From: an uncultured Gammaproteobacteria bacterium | Lineage (GTDB): Bacteria > Patescibacteriota > Patescibacteriia > 2-12-FULL-60-25 | Assembly (NCBI GenBank): GCA_964521235.1 | Contig: CAZFRH010000002.1 | Span: forward strand, 10,025 to 74,024 | Direction of reading: 5' to 3' | Length of the DNA: 64,000 nucleotides | In this document: positions 63,053-64,000 of the stretch, piece by piece | Layout of the letters: each line of letters opens with the position of its first letter | How positions within the stretch are numbered: the first letter of the stretch is position 1 | Notes under the pieces: model-generated | What the model was told of the DNA's origin: nothing | Database searches by the model: none | The model's input: only the letters and a program-made list of their open reading frames with translations | Program-made: the position numbers and the translations under genes

Positions 63053-64000
63053 ATGAAAAACACGTACTACCTCACCACTCCCATCTACTACGTCAACGAC
63101 AAGCCGCATATCGGGCATGCGTACAGCACGATCGCGGCGGATGCGTTTGCGCGCTTCCATCGTTTGAAGGGCGAACCCGTGTTTTTTATCAGCGGCACGG
63201 ACGAGAACAGCCAAAAGAACGTACAAGCCATGGAAAAGGCCGGCGGTTCTGACCTGTCCGCGTATTTAGATGAGATGTCTGGGACGTGGCGCAAGACTTG
63301 GGGCGACCTCAACATCACTTTGGATGACTTCATCCGCACGACCGAACTACGCCACCTGGCCGGGGTCGAGCGGTTTTGGAACGCGGTCAAAGCGAGCGGG
63401 GACTTGTACGAAGGGACGTATGAGGGGTTGTACTGCGGCGGATGCGAAGGGTTTAAGACGGAGACGGATTTGGAAAACGGCCATTGCCCGCTCCACCCAA
63501 ACCGCGAGCTCGACCGGATCAGCGAGAAGAATTATTTTTTCCGTTTGTCTGCCTATCGTGACCAACTTCTTGCGCTGTACGATGAAGCTTCCGAGTTTGT
63601 CATGCCGGAAGCGCGACGCCACGAGATCCGGAACTACGTCGCGGACCACATGACGGATATTTCCGTCAGCCGCGAAGCAAATTCCGTTCCGGTCGGCATC
63701 CCTGTCCCAGGCGATGAGTCGCAACGTATCTACGTCTGGTTTGATGCGCTCGTGAACTATCTGACGGTCGCTGGCTATGGGACGGATGACGCCGTGTTTC
63801 AGGCCCGTTGGCCGGCGGACCTCCACTTGGTCGGCAAAGACATCCTCAAATTCCACTGCGCGCTTTGGCCGGCGATGATCATGAGCGCGGCCAAGAACGA
63901 TCCTTTGCTCGCTGACAAGGCCGGGAAAGCGCTTTTGCCGAAGCGCGTGTTTGCCCACGGTTTTTTTACGATTGACGGCCAGAAAATCTCGAAGTCGCTT
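63053..64000 (+). CDS. metG: Methionine--tRNA ligase, N-terminal 316 codons; the 3' end runs off the window
   Basis: Manual translation gives MKNTYYLTTPIYYVNDKPHIGHAYSTIAADAFARFHRLKGEPVFFISGTDENSQK, with the HIGH motif. The frame stays open to the window end. Confidence 0.9.
   Translation, partial: MKNTYYLTTPIYYVNDKPHIGHAYSTIAADAFARFHRLKGEPVFFISGTDENSQKNVQAMEKAGGSDLSAYLDEMSGTWRKTWGDLNITLDDFIRTTELRHLAGVERFWNAVKASGDLYEGTYEGLYCGGCEGFKTETDLENGHCPLHPNRELDRISEKNYFFRLSAYRDQLLALYDEASEFVMPEARRHEIRNYVADHMTDISVSREANSVPVGIPVPGDESQRIYVWFDALVNYLTVAGYGTDDAVFQARWPADLHLVGKDILKFHCALWPAMIMSAAKNDPLLADKAGKALLPKRVFAHGFFTIDGQKISKSL

Overview
GC-rich 64-kb chromosomal window with three clearly AT-rich patches. Gene content suggests a small-genome, possibly Patescibacteria/CPR-like bacterium: many giant secreted repeat proteins, a YdbT-like PH-domain protein, a minimal glycolysis trio and weak Shine-Dalgarno use. 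This taxonomic guess is inference only. I support about 60 CDS. Housekeeping genes are metF (partial), ftsH, S1, recQ, xerC/D-like, ruvB, clpB, rsmE, rsmI, metG (partial), msrA/msrB, fba, pfkB-type kinase and pgi. There are two glycan clusters: GT4-GT4-phosphoglycosyltransferase, and gmd / cupin-SDR-C-methyltransferase fusion / GT2 / GT-C. There are also several very large secreted proteins. RNA and regulatory features are three tRNAs (Arg-TCT, His-GTG, Leu-TAA), a SAM-I-like riboswitch with terminator ahead of metF, a CIRCE operator ahead of clpB, several sigma70-like promoters and intrinsic terminators. Two repeat families are present: a MITE-like GTCATCC...GAATGAC palindromic element at three loci, and a terminator-like hairpin at three loci. 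The most interesting content is a translationally coupled three-gene cassette at 33.5-35.9 kb. It encodes a 478-aa protein with a C-terminal E2/UBC-like domain (HPH-x7-C), a minimal ThiF-type E1, and a 77-aa ThiS-like beta-grasp ending PAGS. It has no peptidase and no sulfur-transfer partners. Secondary items are an AT-rich GmrSD-type gene plus a RelE-like toxin-antitoxin pair beside tRNA-Leu, and a 1-kb AT-rich insertion flanked by 36/37-nt direct repeats at tRNA-His. Structured unannotated RNAs lie upstream of tRNA-His and of an MFS transporter. The ORF track reports TTG/GTG starts as M, so several starts were moved to internal ATGs. RNA-element coordinates were anchored on ORF-track boundaries and should be good to about 2 nt. 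No homology search or folding program was run.
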